Positions 13,121 through 25,199 of a DNA stretch of 64,000 nt are shown here, piece by piece. The first letter of the stretch is position 1; each line of letters starts with the position of its first letter. Both the position numbers and the translations under genes were made by a program. Below the pieces are notes generated by a model that was not told the DNA's origin, did no database searches, and was given only the letters and a program-made list of their open reading frames with translations. Source of the DNA: Octopus sinensis (taxonomy: Eukaryota); the NCBI RefSeq assembly GCF_006345805.1, contig NC_043017.1, forward strand, positions 10,106,001 to 10,170,000, given 5' to 3'.

Positions 13121-15838
13121 GTGCGCATAAGAATCTAAATGAAATGCTGTTTTCTCTTAGTCACTGGAAGAGGAGGAAATCTAAGCGGCGTTGGTTAATC
13201 ACTCGCAAAAGAAAAAAGACGAATTTTAAAAAAGAAATTGTGCATACCTACACAAGTGTACCCCACACGCAGCTTTGTTCCATTATAAATTTCAGAGAAA
13301 TGGATATTTTGCCAAGGAAATTTCTACAAATACCTTTCAGATGGTCTAGAACTGTGGTTCCGAAATTTTTCGGGTTGCCGCCCTCTTGACGCCCAGGCCA
13401 CGTTCCTAGCGCCCCACCCCACCTAACCATCACGTAAATTCAAAGCAACTGTTTTTTCACAAAATGAAACTTACCGTAGTGAACCCATTATTTTTAAAAC
13501 TTTTTTATGAAGTTTCAGCCAAGGTGTGGCACCTTGGGCAAGTGTCTTCTGTTATAGCCTTGGGCCAACCAAAGCCTTGTGAGTTGATTTGGTAGAGGGA
13601 AACTGAAAGAAGCCTGTCATATATATATATATATATTCAAAATGTGACCGCGTGTGTACCGTTGGCGATTTTTTTTCCTCTGTCTTCCCTTCTCTGGATC
13701 TTTCCTTCTCCTATGTTTCCGACGAAGAGCTCCACTCGAAACGTTAAACCCTCCTTCTTCCCTTCCTTCCTGAGCGTCCAATAATACTATATTTGTTCCA
13801 CGTCCTCGCGTTGTTGTGTTTTCATGTTTGGATTAACTATATATATATATATAGTTGAAAACCCCACTGGAATGGGAGAAAGCGCTAATAATCCGAATGA
13901 TATGATCTGAATGATATGATATATATATGTAAAAAATGTAATATATAAATAAATATCTATAAATATGAACCATCCGATCTTCTGATTACCTCATTTCTTC
14001 TAATATATATATATATATATATATATAATTATTATTAGAAAAAAATCAGTCCGGGGGTCGATTTGTTTGACTAAAGGCAGTGCTCCAGCATAGCCACAGT
14101 CAAATGACTGAAACAATGAGAAAAAAAAAAAACTCATAAATGCATATATGTTAAATTCTTTATGATTGAATTGGATATAAACATGTATGAAACGGTAAGT
14201 TTCAACTAGGAATTGAACCTTTAGCTCAAATGTTCCTGCTAGCTTCTTTCCTTTGTTTTGTCAAACTGCACCTCAAAAATGTGTGAATCATCTGTTAACT
14301 GTTTGAATATGTAGGTCAAGAACAGTTCAGCCTAGATAACCAACAAAGAATCTTTTGTTCTCCTGACCTTCTTTATGATGGAAATTGCTATGAACTAGCT
14401 TTAAAACTCCCGAACTCCCTGTGGACTTTCATGCTAGCTCCTGCAGAGGGCTAATTTGGCCTGTGACCCAAAACTAAGGAGAGCTGAATAGCATGACTAT
14501 ATACCCTGGTGGAGTTTGATTAGAGGTTAAGGATGGATGAGAATTAATTCTGTAATGCAATCTTTCTATTGTTCAAATCCCAACTGTTGGCCAATTTATC
14601 TCAACATAAAATTAACAAAGCAAATGCCATTTATGTCCCTCTTGATCTCTGACATCAACAAACAAACACCGACTGAGATGGCATGAATTAGCCAAACTTT
14701 ACTGCTAGAAATAGCAACCCAAATGCTTTTAAATCATATACTGAACCAAATGAAGGGCAGATTTTCAATCTCTGGGATCACCCTGATTCCACAAAGGTAT
14801 AATATGTCTTTGTAGAGTAAATCTAGACTGAGATACTGGTGTCCTAGACGAACAGACAGAATTTCTCTTTTATTATTACTGATACAGAACACCAAAATAG
14901 AATTCTTCCTCTTTTTACATGACACCTTGCTGGAGGTACATGCTTCCTTTTCACTTGCCGGTTGATAGTGTTAACATGCTTCTCTCTTTTACTCAGGATT
15001 TGGCAGAAGCGCATCCTGGCTTTATTTTTTCATCATTGTCAGATAGAGAAAACTGTCTCTTTCACTTTACTCAAGGCTGTCACCGAGATAACACACAACT
15101 TTCACTCTCTCTAATTAACTGCCCAGAGAAGTAAATTCTCTTAGTCTCTCTCTCTCACACTTTCTTCCTTTGGCCACTTAGCAGTAACCAACAAATGACC
15201 ACAACAACTTACACAAACAACAACAACTCAGAAGCTGTTGTTCTCTTTTGTAATGGTCAATAAAAGCCTTTTTAACCGTTATTTAGTTCTTGTCATTTAT
15301 GCCGATAACCAATGCATCTGTAACACAGCATCCATTACATTCCTGGTAACTTCTGAATCAACATAGAATTTGTTACATACACCCCACACCCCACTCTCTC
15401 ACATGCTGTTTCTCTGCAGATTGAAAATAACGATGACCACCCTTAATCAATTTTTGAATATTATTCGATTCTGATCAGAGTTGTTTATATCAATTTGACC
15501 AATTCCAGTATCTTCAGACAGAATCAAACAACATTATTTGATTCTCTGACTGAAGAATTTCTAATAGGAGATATCCTACATGTTTATCCTACACGTGCAA
15601 TTTTGTAACTCCTATTAGTGAATGAAACATGTGAAATGGTGAAGAAATAATACCCAAAATTCTACAAATCTTCTGTTTTGATACATAAATTAAAGGTTCA
15701 TGATACAGCATTTTTCCATCTTTTCTTTTTTGATCACCTGAAATGCAATGTATAACGCTTTAATAAATATACATTTAGTTTTTGCTAGGTTAAATTTTGT
15801 GTACTATACATACAGCCATATACATATATGTGTGCATG

Positions 15839-15870
<32 letters not shown>

Positions 15871-16340
15871 ATATATAATATATATATATATATAGGAAGA
15901 ATTCACAAAAAAACAAAAGACGAAGACAGGTGGTGTAGACAACAAACAGATGTATTAGTTTAATGCTTGGGAAGTGAAAAAGTCTTTAATTTTTCGTGCC
16001 TATGCTCTTCCACAGAAAGGAACAAAGAAACAAGGAGAGAAAATGAAGAATGTGTAGTGGCTAGCGATATATATATATATATATACACATACATTCATAA
16101 TTTGATACATACATATATGGGAGGTATTGGTTTCTAGAAGACCCAAAGAGTGGCAGGTAACGCTAAGTAAGTGCTATGGACAGACCGTAGTTAAACTCTT
16201 GGTTCAATAGTGATACGAATGAAGAGTGTTACGTGGGTCTTGTATTAGCATGAATATATATATATTAGACAAAATGAGATAACAAAGTCAAGGCTGTGAG
16301 GAGTTTTCAGGATATTTATAGGGAAAAAGATATAGATATA

Positions 16341-16379
16341 GTCTTACTGCTGTTTCTGGGATATTCCTTCATCAGAGAC
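16341..16379 (-). ncRNA. Minimal type-I hammerhead ribozyme-like motif
   Basis: Minus strand GTCT-CTGATGA-AGGAATATCCCA-GAAA-CAGCAG-TA-AGAC, with stem I GTCT/AGAC. A partial inverted partner at about 16409-16444 has stem II GGGATAT/ATATCCC and the palindrome ACAGCTGT. Confidence 0.65.
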
Positions 16380-17364
16380 GATGTGAGATGGTTAAATAGA
16401 GGTAAATAGGGATATCCATAATATCCCAGAGACAGCTGTAAGACTATATCTATATCTTTTTCCTTATAAAAAAAAAACGAAAAATTAAAGTACAATTCTT
16501 GAAAAAAAAAAATCAGAATTGGAGTCAATTTGTTCAACTAAAACCCTTCATTATATCGCTCCAGCATGGCCGCAGTCCAATGACTGAAATAAGTTAAAAG
16601 CAAAAGGTAAAGTCATATTTTCATTCTTCTTGTCACTGTATACGTAAGCCAGCACACTCTGCCTGGTTCCCACTTCTTTTGGTGGGATCAAGTTACCACC
16701 TGAGTTAACGGTAACCCAATCCAGAACATAAATAGAGAATTGGGGTTGTCTTACCATTTTTTTTCTCTCACTTCCTTTTATTCTGGTGACTTCACTTTGA
16801 TGACTATGGCAGACTATGATGTTCCATCTCCCAATTTCTGGTTTTAGTGTATCTGTGCCATATATTTAGTTTAGCGTATGAGCACTGTATATTCATATAT
16901 ATACTTTACAATTAAATAAGGAGTGTCTTTAAGTGAATGTATATATTTGTTTATACACGAAAATTATATATGCATACTGGTTTCAAATTTCGGCACAATG
17001 CCAGCAATTTCAGGAGACAGGCTAAGCCGATTAGATCGGCCCTAGTGCTCAACTGGTCTTATTTAATCAAACCCGAGAGGATCAAAGGCAAAGTCGCCCC
17101 TGGAGGCATTTGAGTTCAGAATGTAAAGACGAACGAAATGCCGCTAAACATTTTGTCTGGCGTGCTGAGGATTTCGTCAGCTTGCTACCTTAATAATCAC
17201 ACACGCATTTATAAATTATTGCATTCAATTTAATAATCCAAGTCAATTGTTGCTTTTCATTTCCCCCACCCCATCCGTTAATGACAGGGATGATGGTTTA
17301 ACCAGCGAGGATCTAGCTACAGTGCAACTTCAGGAATAATTTTTCACAAAAAAAAAAAAAAAAC

Positions 17365-17782
17365 GGATCTTTTCGGTTTGAACAGCAGTTTTTTAAAATA
17401 ATTTCCACGTAACTAAACACTTTTAAACTTCGTATACTGGTAGAATGTGTTTATAAAACATCTTTTTCTTTTGGCTTTATTGAGAAAATTCTATAGTTTG
17501 TAAGATATTTGTTGTTGTTTTTTCTTCAATTTCTGCAATTTCAATCAATCAATGAAGTCTATTGAGGTATAAAACATTCTGTGCCGTATGAATATGTCCC
17601 TCGTTTAAGAAACAGATTGGGTTTATTTACATTTCTGAATAAAAAAGATACCCTTCCCCCCACTCCTAACCCTAACCCTAAAACAGATTGAAATGCAATA
17701 GATCGATACTAGGGTCATAATTATGGGTGACAATTTCATATGACACCGCTAGAAAAAACTGCCGTTCAAACCGAAAAGATCC
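17365..17782. mobile_element. Second copy of the Merlin-like MITE
   Basis: Same TIRs and body; TSD AAAAAAAC. Confidence 0.85.
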
Positions 17783-18195
17783 AAAAAAACTACCAGAATT
17801 TATCTTACAGTAATGTAAACAGCAGAAATTTTTGTTGCGTTTCACGCGTAGCTCTACGTCGTAACAGCAGAATTTTTTTTTTTAATAAAAGAAATATCAT
17901 GAGAATGTTATGGAAATTGCCTCTTCGGTGGAATATCCACGGGTTTTACCTAAATACATATTTAATTTTCATTTTGCTTTCTTACGTAATTCTTTCAAAT
18001 GTTTTATTTTCCTTTTGCCTGACTGTAGCTAAGGGAAATAACTCTTCATAAAGGAGATAACTCTTGTTAATACTTCGTGAAGCAGTTGATGTTTTTGCGT
18101 TTATTTAACCCCGGCTCGAGTCGGCCCTATACGTTTCTTGTCATCTAAAAAAAAGTCGAAATCAAAACAACAAATATCTTACAAACGATAGAATT

Positions 18196-18478
18196 GGCTC
18201 TTTTCGGTTTGAACGGCAGTTTTTGACATAATTTCTAGGTAACTAAAAAATTTTTAATTTCGTATACTGGTAGAATGTGTTTTTAAAACATCTTTTTCTC
18301 TTGGCTTTATTGAGAAAATTCTATAGTTGTAACATATTTCGTCTCTAATTTCTCGCATTTCGGCAATTTTAACCAATCACTGACTGTCTATTGAGGTGAG
18401 AGCATTCTGTGCCGTATGAATATGTCCCTCGTTTAAGAAACAAATTGGGTTTATTTACATTTGTGAAGAAAAAAATAT
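18196..18478. mobile_element. Truncated third copy of the Merlin-like MITE
   Basis: Left TIR and about two thirds of the body match 1380-1796. Confidence 0.75.
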
Positions 18479-19109
18479 ACACTATATATCTCAAGTGAAA
18501 TACATTCACTGATTTTTGAAAATAGAAATAATATATTTCTAAATCTCTCAGAGAGATTTATGCAGTAGCAGCAGGATAAAGTGATAGTATATTGTCAACT
18601 TAATGATGAGCAATGACTCTGAAACTAGTCTCTGGATGCTGGCTTTACTAGATGGAGGTGCTTGTCTCCCCTTTGAAAACATAAGGACACAGGAAATGTG
18701 TCAAGTCCAACAGGAAACGGTGTTTCCCAGGGCTAAATAACAGTAGCACTCTTCCCTTTCATGGGACTGTCACATTAAGTTGACAACATACCATCACTTG
18801 ATCGTGCTGCTACTGCAAAAACCTCTGAGAGATTCAGAAATATATTATTTCTATTTTCAAAAAGGGTCTATAGTGGTTTTTCTCGAAGGGTCTATAACAA
18901 CCGTGTTTGGCGGTCAGTTAATTGCAGCGGAATGTCTCGTGCTTCCACTCTTGCCATACAGACAGTTCTTGGACAGACCCATTCTGAACGTTCATACAAT
19001 GCCCCATAAGTAACTTCTACAGACGCGGCGCGGTTTTTCTCTTAATTATTTATGTTATTCATTGTAAATAACCAATACCTAATATTTATGCTCCCAGCAA
19101 TAAATACCT

Positions 19110-19551
19110 ATTTCTTTACTACCCACAAGGGGCTAAACACAGAGGGGATAGAGAAACGGATTAAGTTGATTATATCGACCCCAGTGCATAACTGGTACTT
19201 AATTTATCTTCTAAAGGTGGCGAACTGGCAGAATCGTTAGCACGCCGGGCGAAATGCTTAGCAGTATTTCGTCTGCCGCTACGTTCTGAGTTCAAATTCC
19301 GCCAAGGTCGACTTTGCCTTTCATTCTTTCAGGGTCGATTAAATAAGTACCAGTTACACACTGGGGTCGATGTAATCGACTTGATACCTATGTCTGTCCT
19401 TGTTTGTCCCCTCTATGTTTAGCCCCTTGTGGGTAATAAAGAAATAGGTACTTAATTTATCGACCCCGAAAAGATGAAAGGCAAAGTCGACCTCGGCGGA
19501 ATTTGAACTCAGAACGTAACGGCTGACGAAATACGGCTACGCATTTCGCCC
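19110..19551. mobile_element. Nested SINE B pair: plus copy (~19216-19447) inside a minus copy
   Basis: Duplicated GGTACTTAATTTATC flanks the inner copy. Confidence 0.8.
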
Positions 19552-19811
19552 AATGTTCGCGTGTTTGCTTCACGCAGCCAACGAAATATATTTTCATTTT
19601 TTCGCTATTTAAACGACAAGCAACCAGCGAAATCCTTTTGGATATTAAAAAAATAGAAGGCCGCTGGTTGGACTCGAATCCGCAGCTGTAAACATGAGAG
19701 ACGTTCCACAATTGGACCAAATGACATTCAATTCTCATTGATCGGAACGAAGTTTCTAAAACAGAGAAAATCGAAGGAATATCTTCGACTTTTTCTCTCC
19801 AAAAGGTTTTT

Positions 19812-20916
19812 GTCAAGCTTCAAGCATATAATTTCCATCCGGATATTGTACGATGGGTTGGTGCCTTCCTCTCAGATCGCTCCTTCCAAGTCCAAGTTAA
19901 TGGTTCGCGGTCCGACGTCTCCAATGCGAGCAGTGGCGTGCCTCAAGGTTCAGTGCTTGGGCCCTTATTGTTCTTAGTCTTCATAAATGACTTGCCCGAC
20001 GACCTCACGCAACACACCCTTCTATTTGCCGACGATATCAAACTGGTCGCTCCTCGCGGTGATATAGAGGATCTTCGTCGATGCCTCCACCAAATTTGGA
20101 AGTGGTCTAACGAATGGGACCTGTGTCTGAATGTGTCAAAGTGCTGTCATCTACCTGTTGGCTCTCCTCCTGCAACTCAACTTGATTTCGAGCCGGGTCG
20201 TCTGCTGCCAGAGAGGACCGATCAGGTAAAGGACCTGGGTGTCTTGGTGGATTCCTCCTTTTCGCCTTCGGCCCAGTGCGTCCATGCTGCCAACAAAGCA
20301 CGCGGAATTCTGTTCTTGATTCGACGGTCATTCGGAATGCTCACAGCAGCCATATTCCTACTACTCTATGTCACGCTGGTGAGACCCATATTGGAGTACG
20401 GGATTCAAGCCTCTTCTCCTTATCTCCTCAAAGACATACAGCATCTCGAAAGAGTCCAGAAGCTGGCTACCCGCATGGTTCATGGTCTCAAAAATTTGTC
20501 CTATGAAGAAAGGCTGAGGACGCTCTACCTTTATTCTCTTGAAAAACGCCGCCGCCGTGGTGATCTCATTCTCGCCCACAACATCATAAGCGGAAAGTGT
20601 AACCTCTCGAAAGAGCTGTTCTTCACTCCTGCTCCAGAGCGTCGGCTGCGGGGTCATTCCGAAAAGCTCTACCTGCGACGATTTCATCTCAATCGAAGGA
20701 GAGGAGCTTTCTCCGTCCGGGTTGCGGATCCGTGGAACAAGCTGCCAGACGAGATGGTGAAGATGCCGACGACCGCTTTGTTCAAAGCCTCCCTTGACCT
20801 CAAGTGGCCTGAACTCTTTACATGAACACCACCCTGTACTTAACTCCATGTCCCCCTACATGGCCTTGCTATTTGCTTTTGAGCCAAATTAACTAACTAA
20901 CTAACTAACTAACTAA
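19812..20916 (+). mobile_element. 5'-truncated CR1/L2-group LINE with uninterrupted C-terminal RT ORF
   Basis: KLQAYNFHPDIVRWVGAFLSDRSFQVQVNG...SGVPQGSVLGPLLFLVFINDLP...FADDIKL...KDLGV...YVTLVRPILEY...LERVQKLATR...RRRGDLI...RLRGH; stop at 20825; (AACT)n tail at about 20891-20916. Confidence 0.93.
19938..20825 (+). CDS. LINE reverse transcriptase C-terminal part (ORF extends upstream to the 5' truncation near 19812)
   Basis: PQGSVLGPLLF and FADD motifs; no stops over about 330 codons. Confidence 0.85.
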   Translation: MPQGSVLGPLLFLVFINDLPDDLTQHTLLFADDIKLVAPRGDIEDLRRCLHQIWKWSNEWDLCLNVSKCCHLPVGSPPATQLDFEPGRLLPERTDQVKDLGVLVDSSFSPSAQCVHAANKARGILFLIRRSFGMLTAAIFLLLYVTLVRPILEYGIQASSPYLLKDIQHLERVQKLATRMVHGLKNLSYEERLRTLYLYSLEKRRRRGDLILAHNIISGKCNLSKELFFTPAPERRLRGHSEKLYLRRFHLNRRRGAFSVRVADPWNKLPDEMVKMPTTALFKASLDLKWPELFT

Positions 20917-21568
20917 CATAACCCAAAATTCCCACGCTATTATTTACAACAACGTGATTTATAAGGAGTTTCAAGTGTCCCGCCATTGTACAAGGTTTCT
21001 GCTATAAACGTTATCTTTCCAAAACTTCGCATGAACTTTGGAGTCTGATAAGCTGGAAAGACACTTAAGGTACGCAGACCTTTTTGATGCGCCGACTTCT
21101 AACTGGCCACCCGACTTGCTAGAACTAGCAGCTAAATCTCTCTCAAATCATTCTTTACCACTTTCAAAAATGATTTGTAGATTAGGCTCGAGTCTAGTAA
21201 TTTTAAAGCAAAAAGATTTAGTCGATGCCTTTGACTAAACGCCCCCATCCCCGCCCTTCAGAACTTGACTGGTCCTTTATTTTATTGATCCTCTCCCCGC
21301 TGAACGATTGAAAGATAGAGTTGACCTCGGCGGGATTTGAATTCATAATGTAAAGATCCAGGGCAAATACCGAAATTTACCATATTTAATGGCATATAAG
21401 ATGCGCTTTTTCTTCAAAAAAAGATCTCCAAAAATCACCCTTGGTCCCTAAGGCGAAGTTGAGCCTTTATCATATGCTTTAGTGTACTTTTGACCCCTAA
21501 ATATTTGCCGCTGCAATTAGGGTGAGTCTAAGTCAATGGTTCTTAACCCCCACTTTTTTTTTACCTAT

Positions 21569-22978
21569 TGTAAGGACCGTGCGATGTGAGGTGCGAGAAT
21601 GGCTGTTTAGTACCACATCACACGGCCGATACAATAAAGAGAAATTAATGGTACAAATAAATGCCAGATGGGAAGAGAGACACAACCGCTTCGAATGATT
21701 AAGAGATTTATTGATATGTTAACATGTGTGTCTGTGCGTGCGTGCGTCGTGGAGGCGCAATGGCCCAGTGGTTAGGGCAGCGGACTCGCGGTTTCGATTC
21801 CCAGACCGGGCATTGTGAGTGTTTATTGAGCGAAAACACCGAAAGCTTCACGAAGCTCCTGCAGGGGATGGTGGTGATCCCAGCTGTACTCTTTCACCAC
21901 AACTTTCTCTCACTCTTTCTTCCTGTTTCTGTTGTACCTGTATTTCAAAGGGCCAGCCTTGTCACACTCTGTGTCACGCTGAATCTCCCCGAGAACTACG
22001 TTAAGGGTACACGTGTCTGTGGAATGCTCAGCCACTTGCACGTTAATTCCACGAGCAAGCTGTTCCGTTGATCGTATCAGCTGGGACCCTCATCGTCGTA
22101 ACCGACGGAGTGCTCCTAAAATGTGCGTGCGTCATGTATACAGAATAACAGAACGGCCGTCATGAGAACAAAAGGTATGCGCGTGTTAAGAACATTTAAT
22201 GATGAAGAAGGAGACAGTGAAAGAGTCTATAGCCATCGAAGTGAGAAGTAAGTTCATAGACACAAGAAAGATGAATAATTCCAGTTCGTAGTCAATCGTA
22301 CACGGTAGTTAAAATGCTGCATCAAGGGTGCTGAGCCGGTTACGGGTGCATGTCGTACGTGAAGTCGTGGCTATGATGCTGCTGCTGCCTGGGTCACTTG
22401 CACAGGAGTTCATACAGGTTGTATATTCGCTGTTGATCCGTAGTGAGATAATTCACGAATAGTGAAGTGTTGGGACCTGGGTGAATTGCTTGCTGAGCTG
22501 TGTACGTAGAGAGACGATGTTGACGACGTTTAGAACACGATGGAGGCGACGAAGAAGGAGGTTGTCGTAATACTGTCGGACGAAGTTAGTGAGTCTCAAC
22601 GTAGCTGCTGTGGTGGTGGTAGTCTGGTGTTGCCGCTAGAACTGGCTGTTTCTTCGTGGTCAGTGGCTAGAGCTTAAAAGATCAGGAACCAAAGACTTCG
22701 AAACGAGGTAAAGTGGAGTTTTTATAAGCACCGTAGGCTAAAAACATGGTTGTAAACAGACTGTCCCACGTGATCCTATTTAGGGACTCCGTCTGGTTAT
22801 ACAAGGCAAGTTGGCGCGACAGAGTAAGAGACAAATTGCGCCTATACCAACCAATCAGAGTAGTGGACACAACGGGATCCAAATAGCGGCCAAAGGTTAG
22901 CTGTTCCCTACTACGTTCGAATGCACGTAGTATATATAATAAATGGGAAAGAGGAATTTCAGCCGCGTCCACGCTACA
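21569..22978 (-). mobile_element. Solo LTR (Gypsy/BEL-like) with 4-bp TSD CTAT, containing a nested SINE
   Basis: TGTA...TACA termini; CTAT at 21565-21568 and 22979-22982; minus-strand TATAAAA near 22720 and AATAAA near 21706. Confidence 0.75.
21750..22118 (+). mobile_element. SINE family C nested in the solo LTR
   Basis: tRNA-like head GGAGGCGCAATGGCCCAGTGGTTAGGGC..TTCGATTCCC; flanking TGCGTGCGTC direct repeat. Confidence 0.82.
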
Positions 22979-24016
22979 CTATGGACCTCTTTGGTCCCTA
23001 TTTCCCACTTATTGGACCCTCAGTCACTTGATGTTTAAAAAAATCTTTTTATATCGCTTATTATCAGGAGTTGTAGAAAAATAATTATCAAAATAATTTG
23101 TGTATTGTAGAAAGATAACCAATTTATTGTGGATAAATTTTAATAACAAAATCTTATGTGAACCCTTGAGGGCCACAGGAACCCTGAAAGTTGAGCAGGG
23201 GTGGTCATGGCTGGGATGTTGTCGAGTGGATGAAACACAGTGTCACACACTCACTCATGACGTTATAGACTCATTTCTTTATTGCCCACAGGGGAATAAA
23301 CATAGAGGGGACAAACAAGGACAGACAAAGGGATTAAATCGATTACATCGACCTCAGTGCGTAACTGGTACTTATTCAATCGACCCTGAAAGGATGAAAA
23401 GCAAAGTCGACCTCGACGGAATTCGAACTCAAGACGTAACGGCAGACGAATTATATATCATCGAAATATTCCCATCGTGGCTGTAAATCCTGATTGGTTT
23501 TAAGTGGAGGAGGTCAGCACTTGCCGCGACCTTTTCTTTTTGCACAAAGAATGAGACAACAAACTACTTGTTGATTAATTAGATACTTATTTGAAACATC
23601 TCCCACTCCGACAACGACCACCACCACCGTTACTGCGATCATTAACCCCACCGTTACTGTGATCATTAACCCCACCATTACGACCACCCCACTACCAACA
23701 ACAAGACAGATTGAAGGACAGATTTAGGCCGAGTGCTTTTGTTTAAACAGGAGAACATGAGGACGGTGATGGAGATGAAGCGGTAGGGGAGAGCGTCGGT
23801 TTTGGAGATGTGCTGTGTGTGAATGGAAGGGGTTGGGATGAAAATATAGATTAGGGCACAAAAGAAGGAAGGCAGGAAGGAGAAAGTTGCAATGGAATGA
23901 AAAAATAAGGAGGGTGGAGAGAAAGGTGATTAATGAATGAAAGGAGTGAGTGAAGGAAGGAATGGGTAAGTGAATGAAAGAAAAGGGAGGACAAAAAGGA
24001 CGTAACAAAGAGACAT

Positions 24017-24412
24017 AGGCGCAGGAGTGGCTGTGTGGTAAGTAGCTTGCTAACCAACCACATGGCTCCGGGTTCAGTCCCACTGCGTGGCATCTTGGGC
24101 AAGTGTCTTCTGCTATAGCCCCGGACCGACCAATGCCTTGTGAGTGGATTTGGTAGACGGAAACTGAAAGAAGCCTGTCGTATATATGTATATATATATA
24201 TGTATGTGTGTGTTTGTTCCCCTAGCATTGCTTGACAACCGATGCTGGTGTGTTTACATCCCCGTCACTTAGCGGTTCGGCAAAAGAGACCGATAGAATA
24301 AGTACTGGGCTTACAAAGAATAAGTCCTGGGGTCGATTTGCCCGACTAAAGGCGGTGCTCCAGCATGGCCACAGTCAAATGACTGAAACAAGTAAAAGAG
24401 TAAGAAAAGAGT
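24017..24412 (+). mobile_element. SINE family A, full length
   Basis: Complete head to the AAACAAGTAAAAGAG tail. Confidence 0.88.
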
Positions 24413-25199
24413 AATAATACAATGAAGGAAAGATGAGAAGAGAGGGAAGTAATGGCGAGACGTAAGAGGAAGAAGAAATATATTTTTAAAAAAAAACAGG
24501 GAATGACGATAAAAGTAGACGTACTTCTTTTATTCTTTTACGAGTTTCAGTCATTGGACTGCAGCCATGGTGGGGCACCGCTTTGAAGGTTTCTTCTGTT
24601 TTTTTTTTTAAATCGAACAAATCGATCCAGGTATTTTTCTTTTCCATTTTTTTTTCCGTGTGAACTTGGTAGTTATTCTATCGGTTTCTCATGGCCAAAC
24701 CGCTTAGTTACGGGGACCGGTTGTCAAGCAGTGATAGGGACAAGCACAAAGATACACGCATAGATAGATAGATAGATAGAAAATGGATTGAAAAACATTG
24801 TTTATTTTAAATCACCACAATTGTTTCGACACGTTTTTACACTCGTAGGACATTGGTGAAATATCATTAACATGTTGCGTAGTCACTGTCATCACTTCTT
24901 CAGGTGATCGTTTAAATAAGTCTTTGTTGTTTCACTCAATGTGAGAATGCATAGCCTTTGGGCACGCAAGCCCATTTTTCACCTCTGGGAAAAAGTGGTT
25001 CATATTAGTCCACAACGTTGAAATAAGTAACAGGCCAGTCAGTGCTGGTGTAGCTTTCTGTTTGTCTGTCTGTCTGTCTCTCTCTCTCTCTCCAGCTGCC
25101 ACATCTTGGATTCCCGATAAAATCGATAATGCTTGCAACTTTCCATTTCTTTGAACCCCTTCGCTCCGTTTCAGCGCAATGCTATTCCACCACTTTTCT

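Larger units (their letters stand above)
21534..23200. mobile_element. hAT-like MITE split by the solo LTR
   Basis: CAATGGTTCTTAACC left end; the sequence continues across the LTR (ttacctat|ggacctc); degenerate right end near 23180-23200. Confidence 0.45.

Noticed and set aside
15419-16852. Possible exons with good splice sites on both strands
   Set aside because: All frames close quickly and no homology is recognisable; could be lncRNA but is unsupported.
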